IMG/VR virus record: IMGVR_UViG_3300020193_000005
Span: 1 to 64,000 of that record
Length of the DNA stretch: 64,000 bases
Reading direction: 5' to 3' (one strand)
Origin: a virus
Of this stretch, positions 9,201 to 18,134 are shown one piece after another. How positions within the stretch are numbered: the stretch's first letter is position 1; every line of letters begins with the position of its first letter. Position numbers and translations under genes: made by a program. The notes below the pieces were generated by a model, which saw nothing but the letters and a program-made list of their open reading frames with translations, was not told where the DNA came from and did not search any database.

Positions 9201-11619
9201 CTAGCGCTACTTTTCTGTCGGTCGCCGACAAATTCGGATTATTGTAAATCTGTTGAGCTGCTCTGGCGTAGTGGGCGTCTATGGTTGATCCTGACACATT
9301 CGCATGCTGAACTCTGTAGGCCATTACTCCGGACGGATCCATGAAGTTTTTATTGGTGTACGGGTTTATCGCGAACTGATGGGCGTCGAACGCCCTGTTC
9401 TCTTGCTGTCTCCCGGTCGCCATGGCGTGATACGCCGCGGCTTCTCGCGCGGCCATCGTTCCGCTCGAGAAACGTCCTTTGGTCATGTAATTATTGGCGA
9501 AAGTTTGTGGGAAAGTTCTGACGGCCGAAATAGCCGACCCGAATACGCCCTGCCCGGGCACGCCACCCTGGCCGGCTCTCGCTTGCGCGTAGGCGCCCCT
9601 GAAGCCCCCAATCGTCGTCCCGAGTCCGGAGATGACCGGCAAGGGATTCAATCCCCCGCCCATCCCCGCAATTTTCGAGCCGAATCCGTATATTCCCCCC
9701 AATCCGTATCCCGCCCTCGCGGCGCTAGCCCCGGCTTGCGAGGCGTATCCGGGACTGCCGGTACCCATTCTGTAGTACCGATCTCGATAGGCGTATCTTC
9801 TTCCTTTGTAGAGCGACGCCAAAAGCGCCAGAGTCACGAGACCGCCGACGCCCGGTCCCATACCGCCGTCGACCATCCCGCTTTTTCCGCCGCCGGTGCC
9901 TACCACTCCTCCGCCGCCCAGGAAGCCCGGGAGACCGAGCTTGAGCGTTCCGACCATCCTTATGACGTAGCTCAATCCGTCTATGACAGTGGCTATGCCG
10001 TTGACGACCGCGGTAAGAACCGGTAGCGCTTCGGTAAAGGCGACTTTCAAAGCGCTGAACAGATCGCCTATGGAAAATATCAGTCTCTCCAGGGCCGAAC
10101 CCCATTTCAGATAGGCCTCTTCGTTATCCTCGGCCATGTAGGCGAGTTGCTCGGCGTTCCTACCGAATATTCTGAATATCGCCAGAAGCGGTTCGCCGAA
10201 CATGTCGACGATGATGTCGGAGCCTTTTCTGAACTTTTCCAAGGAATTGACGAAGGCGTTGAACGATTTCCCTATGTCGCGAAAGGTCTTCCTTAGCCAA
10301 TCCGCTCCGCCGGCTATCTTGGGTAGATATTCCCTGATTAGCTTTACGGAGAAATTTTCCATCCAGTTACCGAAAGTTATCAAACCCGGGGTAAGGGTTC
10401 CGTCGGCGAATCTAAAAACTTCGAGCCTCACCCTTCCGAAATAGTCCCTCATGTTTTCGTAGAACGACTTCAGGATCTTCTTGGCGTTGTTCATGAGTAA
10501 GTCGCCGAAGTCGGACAAATCCCTCGCCATGAACGTCACGTAGCGCTTGAATATCGCCACCAGAGTTTGCGTAACGTTTTGGAATCTTCCCTCGATGCCG
10601 GCGTCGGCGACCAGTTGTCCGGAAGCCATTTTGGAGAGTATCGCGCCGGCGCTTTTGTCCTTTTGTTTGCCTATCTCCTTGGCGAATTCCTTGCTAACCC
10701 CTTGAGCCGCGGCCGTGACCTCGGACGTGACTTTTTTGTTCTTGGAAAGCAGACCGACGAAGTTCGCCATCGCCTGGAAGGATTTGTTGACGTCCTCGGT
10801 TCCCATCAGGAAATCCATGGATCCGGAGAGAGCCCTCTGCTGATTGGCCGTAACCTTCGCGGATCTGGCCATCACGTTGTACGCCTGCGTCAGCTGAACG
10901 ACGCCCATCGTGGCGAGATTCGTATCGACGGTCATTCCCCTCATCGCCGAAGCGGACTGGTTGATCGAGTCGCCGTAGACGCTCTTTTGGTTGTACTGAA
11001 ACGCGGTCAGCGCGGCGTTGTACTCCTTGAACGTCGCCAGGGCGACGGCCGCGCCCGCCGTCAGAGAGGCGAGCGTCGCCCCGACCAAACCGAGCGTGGC
11101 GTTGTAGGTTTTTAGGGTCAAATTACCCAATTTGAAAGCCGCCGTCACGCTCGCGAGGGTTAGGGCGGTTATCACGAATTCGGCGACGAGGGCGATGACC
11201 ACGAAGAACAGGAACCTGAACGCTTTTCGCAGCTTCAGGGAGGCTCTCTGGAGAATGGTGAAATCCCTGTCGTTATTTTTGAGCGCCTTGGACATGGCTC
11301 CGGAATTTTGGGTCATGGTACGCATCGCCCCGGAGTTGCTGTTGAGCGAAACGACATTTCTGTTGACCGTTTTGTTCAGTCTCTGCGTTCTGTCGTCGAC
11401 GTCGGTCACGGATTTGCCGTGGGAGTTCAGTTTTTTGGAGTTTGTATCCAGGACTTGCCCGAAGTTTTCGTTCGAGTCGACCAGGTCGTCGAATGAACCG
11501 GCATTATCGTCGGCGGCCGCCTTGAGCGCCTCGATCTGCGCCAGGACCTTGCTCATGTCCTTTTTGTTTGACTTAAAGTCTACGCGTATCGTGACTATTT
11601 CGTCTGCGTTTACTGCCAC
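6289..11619 (-). CDS. Tape measure protein with C-terminal M15/LAS-type peptidase-like motif
   Basis: 1776 aa, Ala/Gly-rich, hydrophobic helices; follows the tail chaperone pair; C-terminal SSDHAAGRAYD...HLH. Confidence 0.9.
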   Translation of the reverse strand: MAVNADEIVTIRVDFKSNKKDMSKVLAQIEALKAAADDNAGSFDDLVDSNENFGQVLDTNSKKLNSHGKSVTDVDDRTQRLNKTVNRNVVSLNSNSGAMRTMTQNSGAMSKALKNNDRDFTILQRASLKLRKAFRFLFFVVIALVAEFVITALTLASVTAAFKLGNLTLKTYNATLGLVGATLASLTAGAAVALATFKEYNAALTAFQYNQKSVYGDSINQSASAMRGMTVDTNLATMGVVQLTQAYNVMARSAKVTANQQRALSGSMDFLMGTEDVNKSFQAMANFVGLLSKNKKVTSEVTAAAQGVSKEFAKEIGKQKDKSAGAILSKMASGQLVADAGIEGRFQNVTQTLVAIFKRYVTFMARDLSDFGDLLMNNAKKILKSFYENMRDYFGRVRLEVFRFADGTLTPGLITFGNWMENFSVKLIREYLPKIAGGADWLRKTFRDIGKSFNAFVNSLEKFRKGSDIIVDMFGEPLLAIFRIFGRNAEQLAYMAEDNEEAYLKWGSALERLIFSIGDLFSALKVAFTEALPVLTAVVNGIATVIDGLSYVIRMVGTLKLGLPGFLGGGGVVGTGGGKSGMVDGGMGPGVGGLVTLALLASLYKGRRYAYRDRYYRMGTGSPGYASQAGASAARAGYGLGGIYGFGSKIAGMGGGLNPLPVISGLGTTIGGFRGAYAQARAGQGGVPGQGVFGSAISAVRTFPQTFANNYMTKGRFSSGTMAAREAAAYHAMATGRQQENRAFDAHQFAINPYTNKNFMDPSGVMAYRVQHANVSGSTIDAHYARAAQQIYNNPNLSATDRKVALAELDSNYKTAYSQMNAAVYGVGMGGNRAFKGYQDVKNMLGGRQALARSNAGQQNLSVKEQQTVTAYKDFMARDKALRGKYTEGSDASYKAFARHVRGQRVRASASGFGEASQAVGRRSFSPMMGMMGGMILASGVTSKIRDADTRMAAERALGIGSMFGTTGMGIMAGISLMGSTSTTKASLGGALAGYSAAKPIKQVLEGVLGPKGAVIGTIIQGVALIGGAVYGAIKAGENRRKQAANAAKDFVNAQMGELALDMMGFTKSQKFDLKTGKMINVFTKTGKANIMNYASLKAKQLDKMSPLFGPQGVSSIKTLADARAMEKKLIATGALPSSGIPGLDKNTRNDVNAFKGYFEGITTQLGGSFMVGSSGYKTDINGNIIYDPSTGMPATTGKGDEKRNLIDLVGAKNLFKNAQRMFKTDKRGRITGFKQLEEMGFTPAQLGVDFIGVPTPAQLQEVLKNKPIATGLRPGTTEIADSVFAEAAIVGRAQTNVQNIMTLFGMAREEVLALAAQKQVNIMDPFADLTDVIRDLGKATTKTAEEMRAAVIDVQIAALKLLDEPIALREAGAAFTSSENAMRNAGKGATYDQFVDVARTAQALFAITDPNNPFMYLNYLSGLSKGTGFGADVQSGLVTSGAGAKLTQVVDETAAGYARLGTQQVMGNLVNAGFLFADTAADEKFRKGLTDIFKSDQYSSESKNNLLNVLSTQLLDPATGKINFKKIENLEGAGAAFVKLLNQDDFTLKSTDVMQVNIQGADADVFNKLAQEMGRSFMLGIDKPEFWETAPEWWTQMLGHEWQLVDDKLQMNPRTPDTTTPRRGAVGDTPTSRALSGTMRAHSYFNSMLTGKRQITSSLRFDNLGSPSSDHAAGRAYDLTGQNLGQYQRMIDKAGGFAEFHGVASSRHLHVVPPIGDVYGSRAGKMSVTSSSAQNGVNQSVTVNVYGAPGQSEKAIARHVVAAIEERERRARERN

Positions 11620-11645
11620 AAAAACTCCCGAGGATAATTAGGCGT

Positions 11646-11843
11646 TTAGCGGGTGCCTCGTTCGGACTCTTCGCGCTTGCGATCCGCTTCTATAACTTTA
11701 GCACAGGCGTAGCGGATGACCCATTCCTCGGTGCCGCTGTCCAGTAATCGAATCGGATCGGTTCCCCAAAGTTCGCCGAGTCTCGCCGCGGCTATGACCC
11801 TGTTGTCCTCGGACAACTCGTCGATTACTGATTCGTAGGGTTT
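11646..11843 (-). CDS. Tail assembly chaperone frameshift extension (gpT-like)
   Basis: -1 frame continuation (KPYESVIDELSEDNRVIAAARLGELWG...) with no obvious own start; lies between chaperone and tape measure. Confidence 0.7.
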   Translation of the reverse strand, partial: KPYESVIDELSEDNRVIAAARLGELWGTDPIRLLDSGTEEWVIRYACAKVIEADRKREESERGTR

Positions 11844-12298
11844 TCGGAAGACTCCGCCTGGATGGTGTCGCCGAATCCGCAAGCGTCGATGATCGCAAGA
11901 GCCGCGGCCTCGACGTGGGCGTCGAGTCCGAAGAACTTCTGCACGCAGTCGGGGACCGCCCTCTCGGCGCCGGTCATTTCGAGCATCGGCTTGGACGCGA
12001 ACGTCAACGGCCATTGGCCGTCCTCGAGGACTTCCTCCCCGTTCATGTACACGCCCTTGGACGTCTGTCCGACCACGGTGCAGGCGAACTTGGTGGCGTC
12101 GAGACCCTTCGGCGAGTCTCCTCCGCACTGTTTCTGCCACACCCTCACCTGTTGCTGGGTGATGTTCGGGCTGATCAACAACTTTACTCCCGGTCTATTC
12201 GGAACTTCGATGAAGACGTTCTTACGTTCGACCTTCTTCGACACGACTTCCTTGAGCTGGTTGAGCAACGATTCTGGATTTTCTGTTTTTTCTGCCAT
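11825..12298 (-). CDS. Tail assembly chaperone (gpG-like)
   Basis: 157 aa between tube and tape measure; ends ENPTNQ over the slippery site. Confidence 0.75.
   Translation of the reverse strand: MAEKTENPESLLNQLKEVVSKKVERKNVFIEVPNRPGVKLLISPNITQQQVRVWQKQCGGDSPKGLDATKFACTVVGQTSKGVYMNGEEVLEDGQWPLTFASKPMLEMTGAERAVPDCVQKFFGLDAHVEAAALAIIDACGFGDTIQAESSENPTNQ
11837..11843 (-). other. -1 programmed ribosomal frameshift slippery site A AAC CCT
   Basis: X XXY YYZ heptamer two codons before the chaperone stop; the -1 frame is open to 11646. Confidence 0.7.
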
Positions 12299-12354
12299 GG
12301 AGGTAAACCTAGCGCGTGGCCGGACGAACCGGCGGAACTATTGAAAATCTCTCG

Positions 12355-12374
12355 TTCTCCGAACGATCGGAGAA
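12355..12374 (-). terminator. Possible terminator hairpin after the tail tube gene
   Basis: 8-bp inverted repeat TTCTCCGA/TCGGAGAA with 4-nt loop; weak U-tract. Confidence 0.3.
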
Positions 12375-12392
12375 TGCCGTCTATCGATGACG

Positions 12393-12866
12393 TCAGTCGG
12401 CCGGTAGATCCGACGGCCTGCCGTTGATCGAGAAGGTCAGGGCGAAGGTCGCCGGAGCCCCGGACGACGAGTCTCCGTCCGGCTCGGAAATTCCCACGAG
12501 AAGGGCTTCGTTGTACTGCCTGTCCGGCTTGCCGTTGGCGACGTCGCAATCCAGGTAGTAAATGGTGATGTTGTAGAAGGCGCGACCGGTCCACGATCCG
12601 GTCCTAAGTGTGTTGAGTACGTCCCTCATTGCGTCGTCGTAGTGGGCGGTGATCGTCACGTCGCCCACCTCGGAAGGAGCGCACAGCAACTCCGGGAACT
12701 TCGCTCCGCCGACGTAGATCTTCTCCACCGCCGCCGTGATTTCTCCGCCCGACACTTGTGCGAAATAAAACAGATTCGGAAACGCCGGGGCGGTGGCGGC
12801 GGGGGAGGCCGCCTGTTTGGGCACGACCCTGGCGAGAAGCTGTCTTTGTGCGTACTTGGTTGCCAT
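12393..12866 (-). CDS. Tail tube protein
   Basis: 157 aa directly after the sheath; FAQVSGGEI...GDVTIT...D-SS pattern of T4 gp19-like tubes. Confidence 0.75.
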   Translation of the reverse strand: MATKYAQRQLLARVVPKQAASPAATAPAFPNLFYFAQVSGGEITAAVEKIYVGGAKFPELLCAPSEVGDVTITAHYDDAMRDVLNTLRTGSWTGRAFYNITIYYLDCDVANGKPDRQYNEALLVGISEPDGDSSSGAPATFALTFSINGRPSDLPAD

Positions 12867-12883
12867 TGTCTTTTACTCCTTCG

Positions 12884-14335
12884 TCAGGCCAACGAGGCCG
12901 TCAGATTTGATTTGCTTATTTCCACCTCGATGGTTTCGCCGATCGAAGAGACCCTCAGGCCGACCCTGGCTTTTATGGTGCCGGAAGCGAGTTGCGTAAC
13001 CGGGTTGAGAGCTTCGTTGACCGTGACCCTGTAACCGCTGTCTACCAGCTTGCCGGCCGAGTTGTATAGCGGGTACAGACCGCCGGCTTGCGCCAACGGA
13101 GCGACCACCGACGTTAGAGCGGCCGTAACGGCTCCGAACAAACCGCCTCTTCCGTCTATCACGCTGAAAACCAGATCTTCGAGAACGCTCTCCGATTCCG
13201 ATACGACGTAGTTGACGACTTCCCTGGAGGTGACGAATCTGTAGTTGTCGGTGTCCGACGAAGCGGATCTCGCTCCGTATATTCTGACGTCGCCGGCCAC
13301 GACGCGAATCGGGTTGACTCCGCCGTCGTTCAGGGAGTCGGCCTGAGCCGAGGTGACCGTAGCGTACGTACCGGTGACGAATTCGGAGTTCGTCCTGACG
13401 CCGGCGTACGGGTTCCACGGTCCGATCTCGTTGTGGGTCTTGGCTCTCTTCGCCGCCACGTAACCTTCGCACGGAATCGTGCTCGCGACCCCGTCTCTTA
13501 CGATTCTCACCCACGGGTAATACCAAGCGGAGTACTCGGCTCCATCGCTGGAGGCAAGCGCCGCGGCGTCCGAAATCGCTCCCGCGACCGTGTCCTCCTT
13601 ATCGAAACCGAGAAGGGCGATTCTGTTGTTCGCCTTCGCGTGACCCATGAGGGCCGTCCAGACGGTGTTTCCGGTCGAGCCCGGAATGCACACGGCACCG
13701 GTGCCGAGAGTCTTGACGAAGGAGCCGAGGGCCGCCGTGTAATCGGCGTCGACCAGGGTTGATCCGTTCGTTCCGCCCGAGAACGCGTAGGTTCCGGCGG
13801 CGGGAAGTCCGGTACCGGCACCGATAACGGCGTCGTATACGTAGGCTCTCGCCAAGTCGCTGGAAGTAAGCTCTTCTATCGCTTCCGCCGTGGTCGTAAC
13901 GACCGGCGTCGAGTAAACGATGTCGTCGTCGAGAAGAATTCTGATTCTGAAACCGCCCGTGGTCGAGGCGACCGTGGCCTCGAGCGAGGCGTTCGCCCAC
14001 GTTCCTTCGCCGCCGGCGATTATCGTCAACGCCGTACCCGAGGTGGCCGCGGTAATGGTCGCCGAAGCGGCGACGGCCGCGCTCTGGTCGATGACCCTGG
14101 AAACGTAGACCCTGGAACCACCCTCCTCGAAGAACGTTTGCACCGTCTGGTGAACGTACCCGGTGGAGACGTAGCCGCCGAAAATGTCCTGATAGTCGGA
14201 GAGACTCTGACATAGGAAAGCTTCTCCCTCGGGACCGCGTTCGGTTACGCCGGCGACGAAAAGGGTGGACGTCGGCGAGATGGTGAGGGTCGTCGGTCCC
14301 GTTACCACGGACGTCGTTAGAACTACTCCGGCCAT
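12884..14335 (-). CDS. Tail sheath protein
   Basis: 483 aa; FVAGVTERGP, FFEEGGSRVYVSRV, YYPWV, LNDGGVNPIR, IYGARS motifs. Confidence 0.93.
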   Translation of the reverse strand: MAGVVLTTSVVTGPTTLTISPTSTLFVAGVTERGPEGEAFLCQSLSDYQDIFGGYVSTGYVHQTVQTFFEEGGSRVYVSRVIDQSAAVAASATITAATSGTALTIIAGGEGTWANASLEATVASTTGGFRIRILLDDDIVYSTPVVTTTAEAIEELTSSDLARAYVYDAVIGAGTGLPAAGTYAFSGGTNGSTLVDADYTAALGSFVKTLGTGAVCIPGSTGNTVWTALMGHAKANNRIALLGFDKEDTVAGAISDAAALASSDGAEYSAWYYPWVRIVRDGVASTIPCEGYVAAKRAKTHNEIGPWNPYAGVRTNSEFVTGTYATVTSAQADSLNDGGVNPIRVVAGDVRIYGARSASSDTDNYRFVTSREVVNYVVSESESVLEDLVFSVIDGRGGLFGAVTAALTSVVAPLAQAGGLYPLYNSAGKLVDSGYRVTVNEALNPVTQLASGTIKARVGLRVSSIGETIEVEISKSNLTASLA

Positions 14336-14420
14336 TTAGATTTCCTCCAAGTGTCGTTTCCGACGTGGATACTTACCGTAAAGATAATAGCATCAACAGT
14401 ACTTATTAAGTGAATACGAC

Positions 14421-14720
14421 TCATATGGCTTCTTTTTCATCTTGGGCAACACGCCCTGATTTGCGTTTTGGGACTTTTGGGTCCTTCTTCAACCTCTCTC
14501 CCCCACGGGACACACCGTTTTCGCCGATTATTTGAGACACGGCGCCCTTTTCGATCGATCCCTTCAGGACGGGGTCGTCGTCGGATACGCACGCCGTTTG
14601 ACCGGAATTCAGGCGATGACCCTCCGAAGTGACCCTGACGGGTGCCAATCCGCCGTTCATCACCTTCGCGCATCCGTTCGGGCACGGGTCGCCGGGACTA
14701 CCCAAAAGCGAGAAAATCAC
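14421..14720 (-). CDS. Hypothetical protein (99 aa)
   Basis: Overlaps the stop of the upstream gene by 4 nt and fills the gap before the sheath. Confidence 0.45.
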   Translation of the reverse strand: MIFSLLGSPGDPCPNGCAKVMNGGLAPVRVTSEGHRLNSGQTACVSDDDPVLKGSIEKGAVSQIIGENGVSRGGERLKKDPKVPKRKSGRVAQDEKEAI

Positions 14721-15328
14721 GTCAAATTCTCTCCGATCTTGACGTTTTGATGCAGCACCTCGATTTTATCCAAATCCGCGATTTTCTCCCTGACGACGGC
14801 TTCCTCTATCTTTAGGTCGTACCCGATGTACCCTCCGCCGAGAAATCTGTCGCCTTTCAGGACGGTCAACTCGGAATATTGCTCGTTGAGCGACGACTCG
14901 TCGAGTACGGCCGTTCTTTCCACGTTGAATCTCTTGAAACACGGATGATCCATCAGCGCCGATCTGACGACGACTATGTACCTGTCCCTCATGACCGTAG
15001 TTTCTTCCGGACCCTCGGTTCTCGCCCAGACGTAGGTTCTCATCTGATAAGTGATGCTGTACTCGGGATCGCCGAGCGAAGTGTAGGAGATTCTTTCGAA
15101 TCTTTGGGCGGAGATCGAGACCGTTATGATCGCCGGCCACCTGTCCAGGGCCATCGGTTCGTATCCGATAATCTGCTCCGGATCGGGTATGTCGGCGTTG
15201 GAGATGCCCCAGTAATTTCTGTATTTGATCAGGCGTTTGGGAATATCCTCGGTCAGGTAATCCGTAACGTACTTTTTAGCGTACTGAGGACCGTACATCC
15301 CCTCGAATTCGCCGTCGCCGATCGCCAT
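14717..15328 (-). CDS. Putative tail completion / terminator protein
   Basis: 203 aa; WPAIITV motif; position between neck and sheath genes. Confidence 0.55.
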   Translation of the reverse strand: MAIGDGEFEGMYGPQYAKKYVTDYLTEDIPKRLIKYRNYWGISNADIPDPEQIIGYEPMALDRWPAIITVSISAQRFERISYTSLGDPEYSITYQMRTYVWARTEGPEETTVMRDRYIVVVRSALMDHPCFKRFNVERTAVLDESSLNEQYSELTVLKGDRFLGGGYIGYDLKIEEAVVREKIADLDKIEVLHQNVKIGENLT

Positions 15329-15332
15329 GACT

Positions 15333-16298
15333 TTATACGATATCCCAGTTCTCGATTTTGTTTGTGGCTATCCATTTTCCGATCATGCCCCCGAAAAAAT
15401 CCGCGGCGCCCTCGGGCTCGAATACTATTTTTCTCGCCGGCATTTCCCTGGTTCCGTACTGGTGGAACTTCGCGTACTCGACCCTGGTTCCGAACGATAC
15501 GCTGTTGCTGCTCACGTTGTCCACGAGTAGTCCGCCGGTGAGGCTGAATTTCAGTTTTCCCGTTCTCACCAGGGTGGTTGCCGGACCCCGAAACGCCCCG
15601 TACGTCGCGTCGTGGGGAGCCCATCCGCCGACCGGCAAACCCGAAGAATCGAAGTTGGCTTCGTTCATTGACGAGACGTACGCCCTCCACATCGGCCACA
15701 ACGGCGGGACTACGTACTTTGCCCGCACGCCCATTTGGTTCATTTTTTGGTATACCCCTTTGAAATGCTTGGCTTTATACCTGTCCCAAGTGTCGCCCTT
15801 GCCGGCCATGTTGAAATTTAATTTACTTTCAAAAGTAATGGCGTGAATCGCGCGTTCAAACGCCTCAATTTCAAGGTTGGTTCTGCTCCACGAAGCCGCG
15901 TTGAAATCGACCTCAACCGATAGGCTTATCAAATCCCCGGTCACATCCGGTTGATCGAGATCAACGTCACTGAGGTCGTTGGCATTAACGGAGCGACGGG
16001 AATATCCGCGCAAGGAGTCCACCTCGTAGGTGATCTCGCCCGTCTCTTTATTGATGACTCTTTTGCCAGTCGTCGGGGGTTTGTTCGGGTTTCTGTTTCT
16101 TCCCGCCTCGCGCATGCGTCGCAATATAGGGGCATCTTCCCAAGCCGTTGGTCTTTTAAACTCGTCGGGTTCCGCCGATCTGACTTCGCCCGTCCCTTGA
16201 TTGACTACCTTTTTGGAACGTTTTTTCGCATTCTCTTGGTTGATGCGATCCTGAATCCTTCTTATTCTTTCTTCCGGGGTTTCTCCGTTTCGGGCCAT
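15333..16298 (-). CDS. Neck / virion morphogenesis protein (Mu gpG-like) with N-terminal extension
   Basis: C-terminal WAP...LVRTGKLKFSL...GTRVEYAKFHQYGTREMPARK motif. Confidence 0.75.
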   Translation of the reverse strand: MARNGETPEERIRRIQDRINQENAKKRSKKVVNQGTGEVRSAEPDEFKRPTAWEDAPILRRMREAGRNRNPNKPPTTGKRVINKETGEITYEVDSLRGYSRRSVNANDLSDVDLDQPDVTGDLISLSVEVDFNAASWSRTNLEIEAFERAIHAITFESKLNFNMAGKGDTWDRYKAKHFKGVYQKMNQMGVRAKYVVPPLWPMWRAYVSSMNEANFDSSGLPVGGWAPHDATYGAFRGPATTLVRTGKLKFSLTGGLLVDNVSSNSVSFGTRVEYAKFHQYGTREMPARKIVFEPEGAADFFGGMIGKWIATNKIENWDIV

Positions 16299-17152
16299 CA
16301 GGTTATTCTCCTGCGCTTGAAATTGTTGAGAGCGAACAATTCCCTATCGCTCAACCCGACGTCCATGACCGAAACGCCGCGCGGATTCAGATCCTTGACT
16401 CCGACGACGTCGTCGTGCATGTTCTGCATTTCCCTCGTGGCCGCCCTGAGTATCGTCAGTTTGATGACGCTCGACTTCGATCCGTCCAGACCTCCCTCGT
16501 AAATTACCTCCACCGTGTCGTTGGGGAAACCGCGATACATCTCTATTCCGTAACGGTGAACCACGTAGTCGCTTCCGGTCGCGGTCGCCGATCCGCCCGA
16601 GACGTAGGTACCCGAGGCGGAGGAGTTTTTGACGGTAAATCCCGTCGCCGTAGCGGACGCCACCTGACCCGACGGCGTATTGAGCGTCGTCGGACTGATT
16701 CCGGTCACGTGCACGTGTTGCCCGACGGTGAAATCGTTGGTGGCCACGTAAGCGACGTTCTGTCCGGATACGGTCGCCCCGGTCACGGTCGCCGATCTGC
16801 GAAGCGCCTGCGCCAAATCGACGGGCGCCTGAGCCTGATTTCTTATGCTAACTTTTTTCACCTTCGTCACCGGACTATTGCGCAAAGAAATAATTTGAGA
16901 CGGCTGAATGTAGCCGACGCCCTGACCGGTCGAGTCCAAACCGTGATCGTAAAAGAAAGAATCGGCGGGAACTCCCTGAAAGTAGGTCGGAATCACGTGT
17001 TCCTCGGTGAACTCTTGGACTTCCACCGGTCTTCCGAGATACTGCTCTATTTCGTTTTGCAACCCCCGCAGAATAATCTCGGCGGCGTCGTGCTGACGGT
17101 TCGTCAGACTTATGTCCATGTAGCTTTTGAGTTCGCTTACGGTTACCAACAT
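16298..17152 (-). CDS. Head-tail connector/adaptor (HK97 gp6 / SPP1 gp15-like) with inserted beta domain
   Basis: MLVTVSELKSYM...IEQYLGR N-terminus, VEVIYEGG, LNNFKRRRI C-terminus. Confidence 0.75.
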   Translation of the reverse strand: MLVTVSELKSYMDISLTNRQHDAAEIILRGLQNEIEQYLGRPVEVQEFTEEHVIPTYFQGVPADSFFYDHGLDSTGQGVGYIQPSQIISLRNSPVTKVKKVSIRNQAQAPVDLAQALRRSATVTGATVSGQNVAYVATNDFTVGQHVHVTGISPTTLNTPSGQVASATATGFTVKNSSASGTYVSGGSATATGSDYVVHRYGIEMYRGFPNDTVEVIYEGGLDGSKSSVIKLTILRAATREMQNMHDDVVGVKDLNPRGVSVMDVGLSDRELFALNNFKRRRIT

Positions 17153-17164
17153 ACGGGACGATTC

Positions 17165-17545
17165 CTATCGATCCGTTTGCCCTGGTACCCCACCCGTTCC
17201 CCGTCGTCTGATTATCCTGTTGAGTACGTCTCTCGCCTGATCGGGAGATGGGGTGGAGCCGCCCTCGACTCTCTCGGCGAGTTTGTCCACGGCGTAGCCA
17301 GCGGCCTCCCGTGCCAAAGCGCTCTGGGTCGGATTGAGTGACGGCGGTCTTTCGGCGGCGGATCTTAAGAGACCTCCGACGGGAACTCCGACGCCGAGCG
17401 CTCTCTGAGCACCAATCGGTATAACGTCGGGAAGCGTGCTCGGCCTATTTCTTCTGTTCCTGAAACGATTGGCCAGAAGTCGACCAAGAATTCTCGCTGG
17501 TCTCGTGGCGTTGAGCCAGTCCGACATCAAAACTATCGGATTCAT
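17165..17545 (-). CDS. Hypothetical protein (126 aa)
   Basis: ATG with GGGAGG SD; first gene after a putative promoter. Confidence 0.55.
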   Translation of the reverse strand: MNPIVLMSDWLNATRPARILGRLLANRFRNRRNRPSTLPDVIPIGAQRALGVGVPVGGLLRSAAERPPSLNPTQSALAREAAGYAVDKLAERVEGGSTPSPDQARDVLNRIIRRRGTGGVPGQTDR

Positions 17546-17566
17546 AATCCTCCCGACTAAAACAAG

Positions 17567-17580
17567 ATTTTACACCACGG
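17567..17580 (-). promoter_or_regulatory. Putative extended -10 promoter CCGTGGTG-TAAAAT
   Basis: Intergenic, upstream of the neck/tail operon; a similar motif occurs at 27776. Confidence 0.45.
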
Positions 17581-17600
17581 GCGACTTTTGGGGGGAAAGT

Positions 17601-18134
17601 TCAGCCCTCGGGGTTCGGCGGACGCTCGGTGACTGGGGTTTCGTCCCGATCCGACTCGATGGGAACCCACGCCCTGGAGTAAGTATGTTGGGGTATCTTC
17701 CTCGATTTAAGCAACGATCCGTCGATTAGCACCGCGAACTCCGACGCGCCCATTCCCAGTCTCGCCGCCAACTCTTCCTGGTCGTATTTGCGCGAAAAAT
17801 GGACGTGTCGCAACAGTTTGGAAAGACGAGTGGCGACGACCTCGCCCCTTCCCCTGTTCAGCGCGACGTGCATTATCAGCGCGTCTATGTCGTCCACGTC
17901 CACCATTTTGACGGGGACGCCCCCGTCCATCAGTAGCTCCCTATTCGTAGCCGCCAAGGAGACCCTCTCGTGACCGTCGATGATCGTCATGTTTTTGGAT
18001 CTAACGACGACCGGACTAATCCAGCCGTAGGCGAATAGCGAGGTGGCGAGAACCGATAGATCCGGTTTCACCACGTAGGTGGATCTCATCGGAAGCGCCC
18101 GCAGGTCGTGGGGGTTTACGATTTCTATCTTCAT
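17601..18134 (-). CDS. ParB/Srx-like protein (IbrB/YbdM-like)
   Basis: GWISPVVV...IIDGHERV...LNRGRG; coupled to the PAPS reductase gene. Confidence 0.8.
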   Translation of the reverse strand: MKIEIVNPHDLRALPMRSTYVVKPDLSVLATSLFAYGWISPVVVRSKNMTIIDGHERVSLAATNRELLMDGGVPVKMVDVDDIDALIMHVALNRGRGEVVATRLSKLLRHVHFSRKYDQEELAARLGMGASEFAVLIDGSLLKSRKIPQHTYSRAWVPIESDRDETPVTERPPNPEG

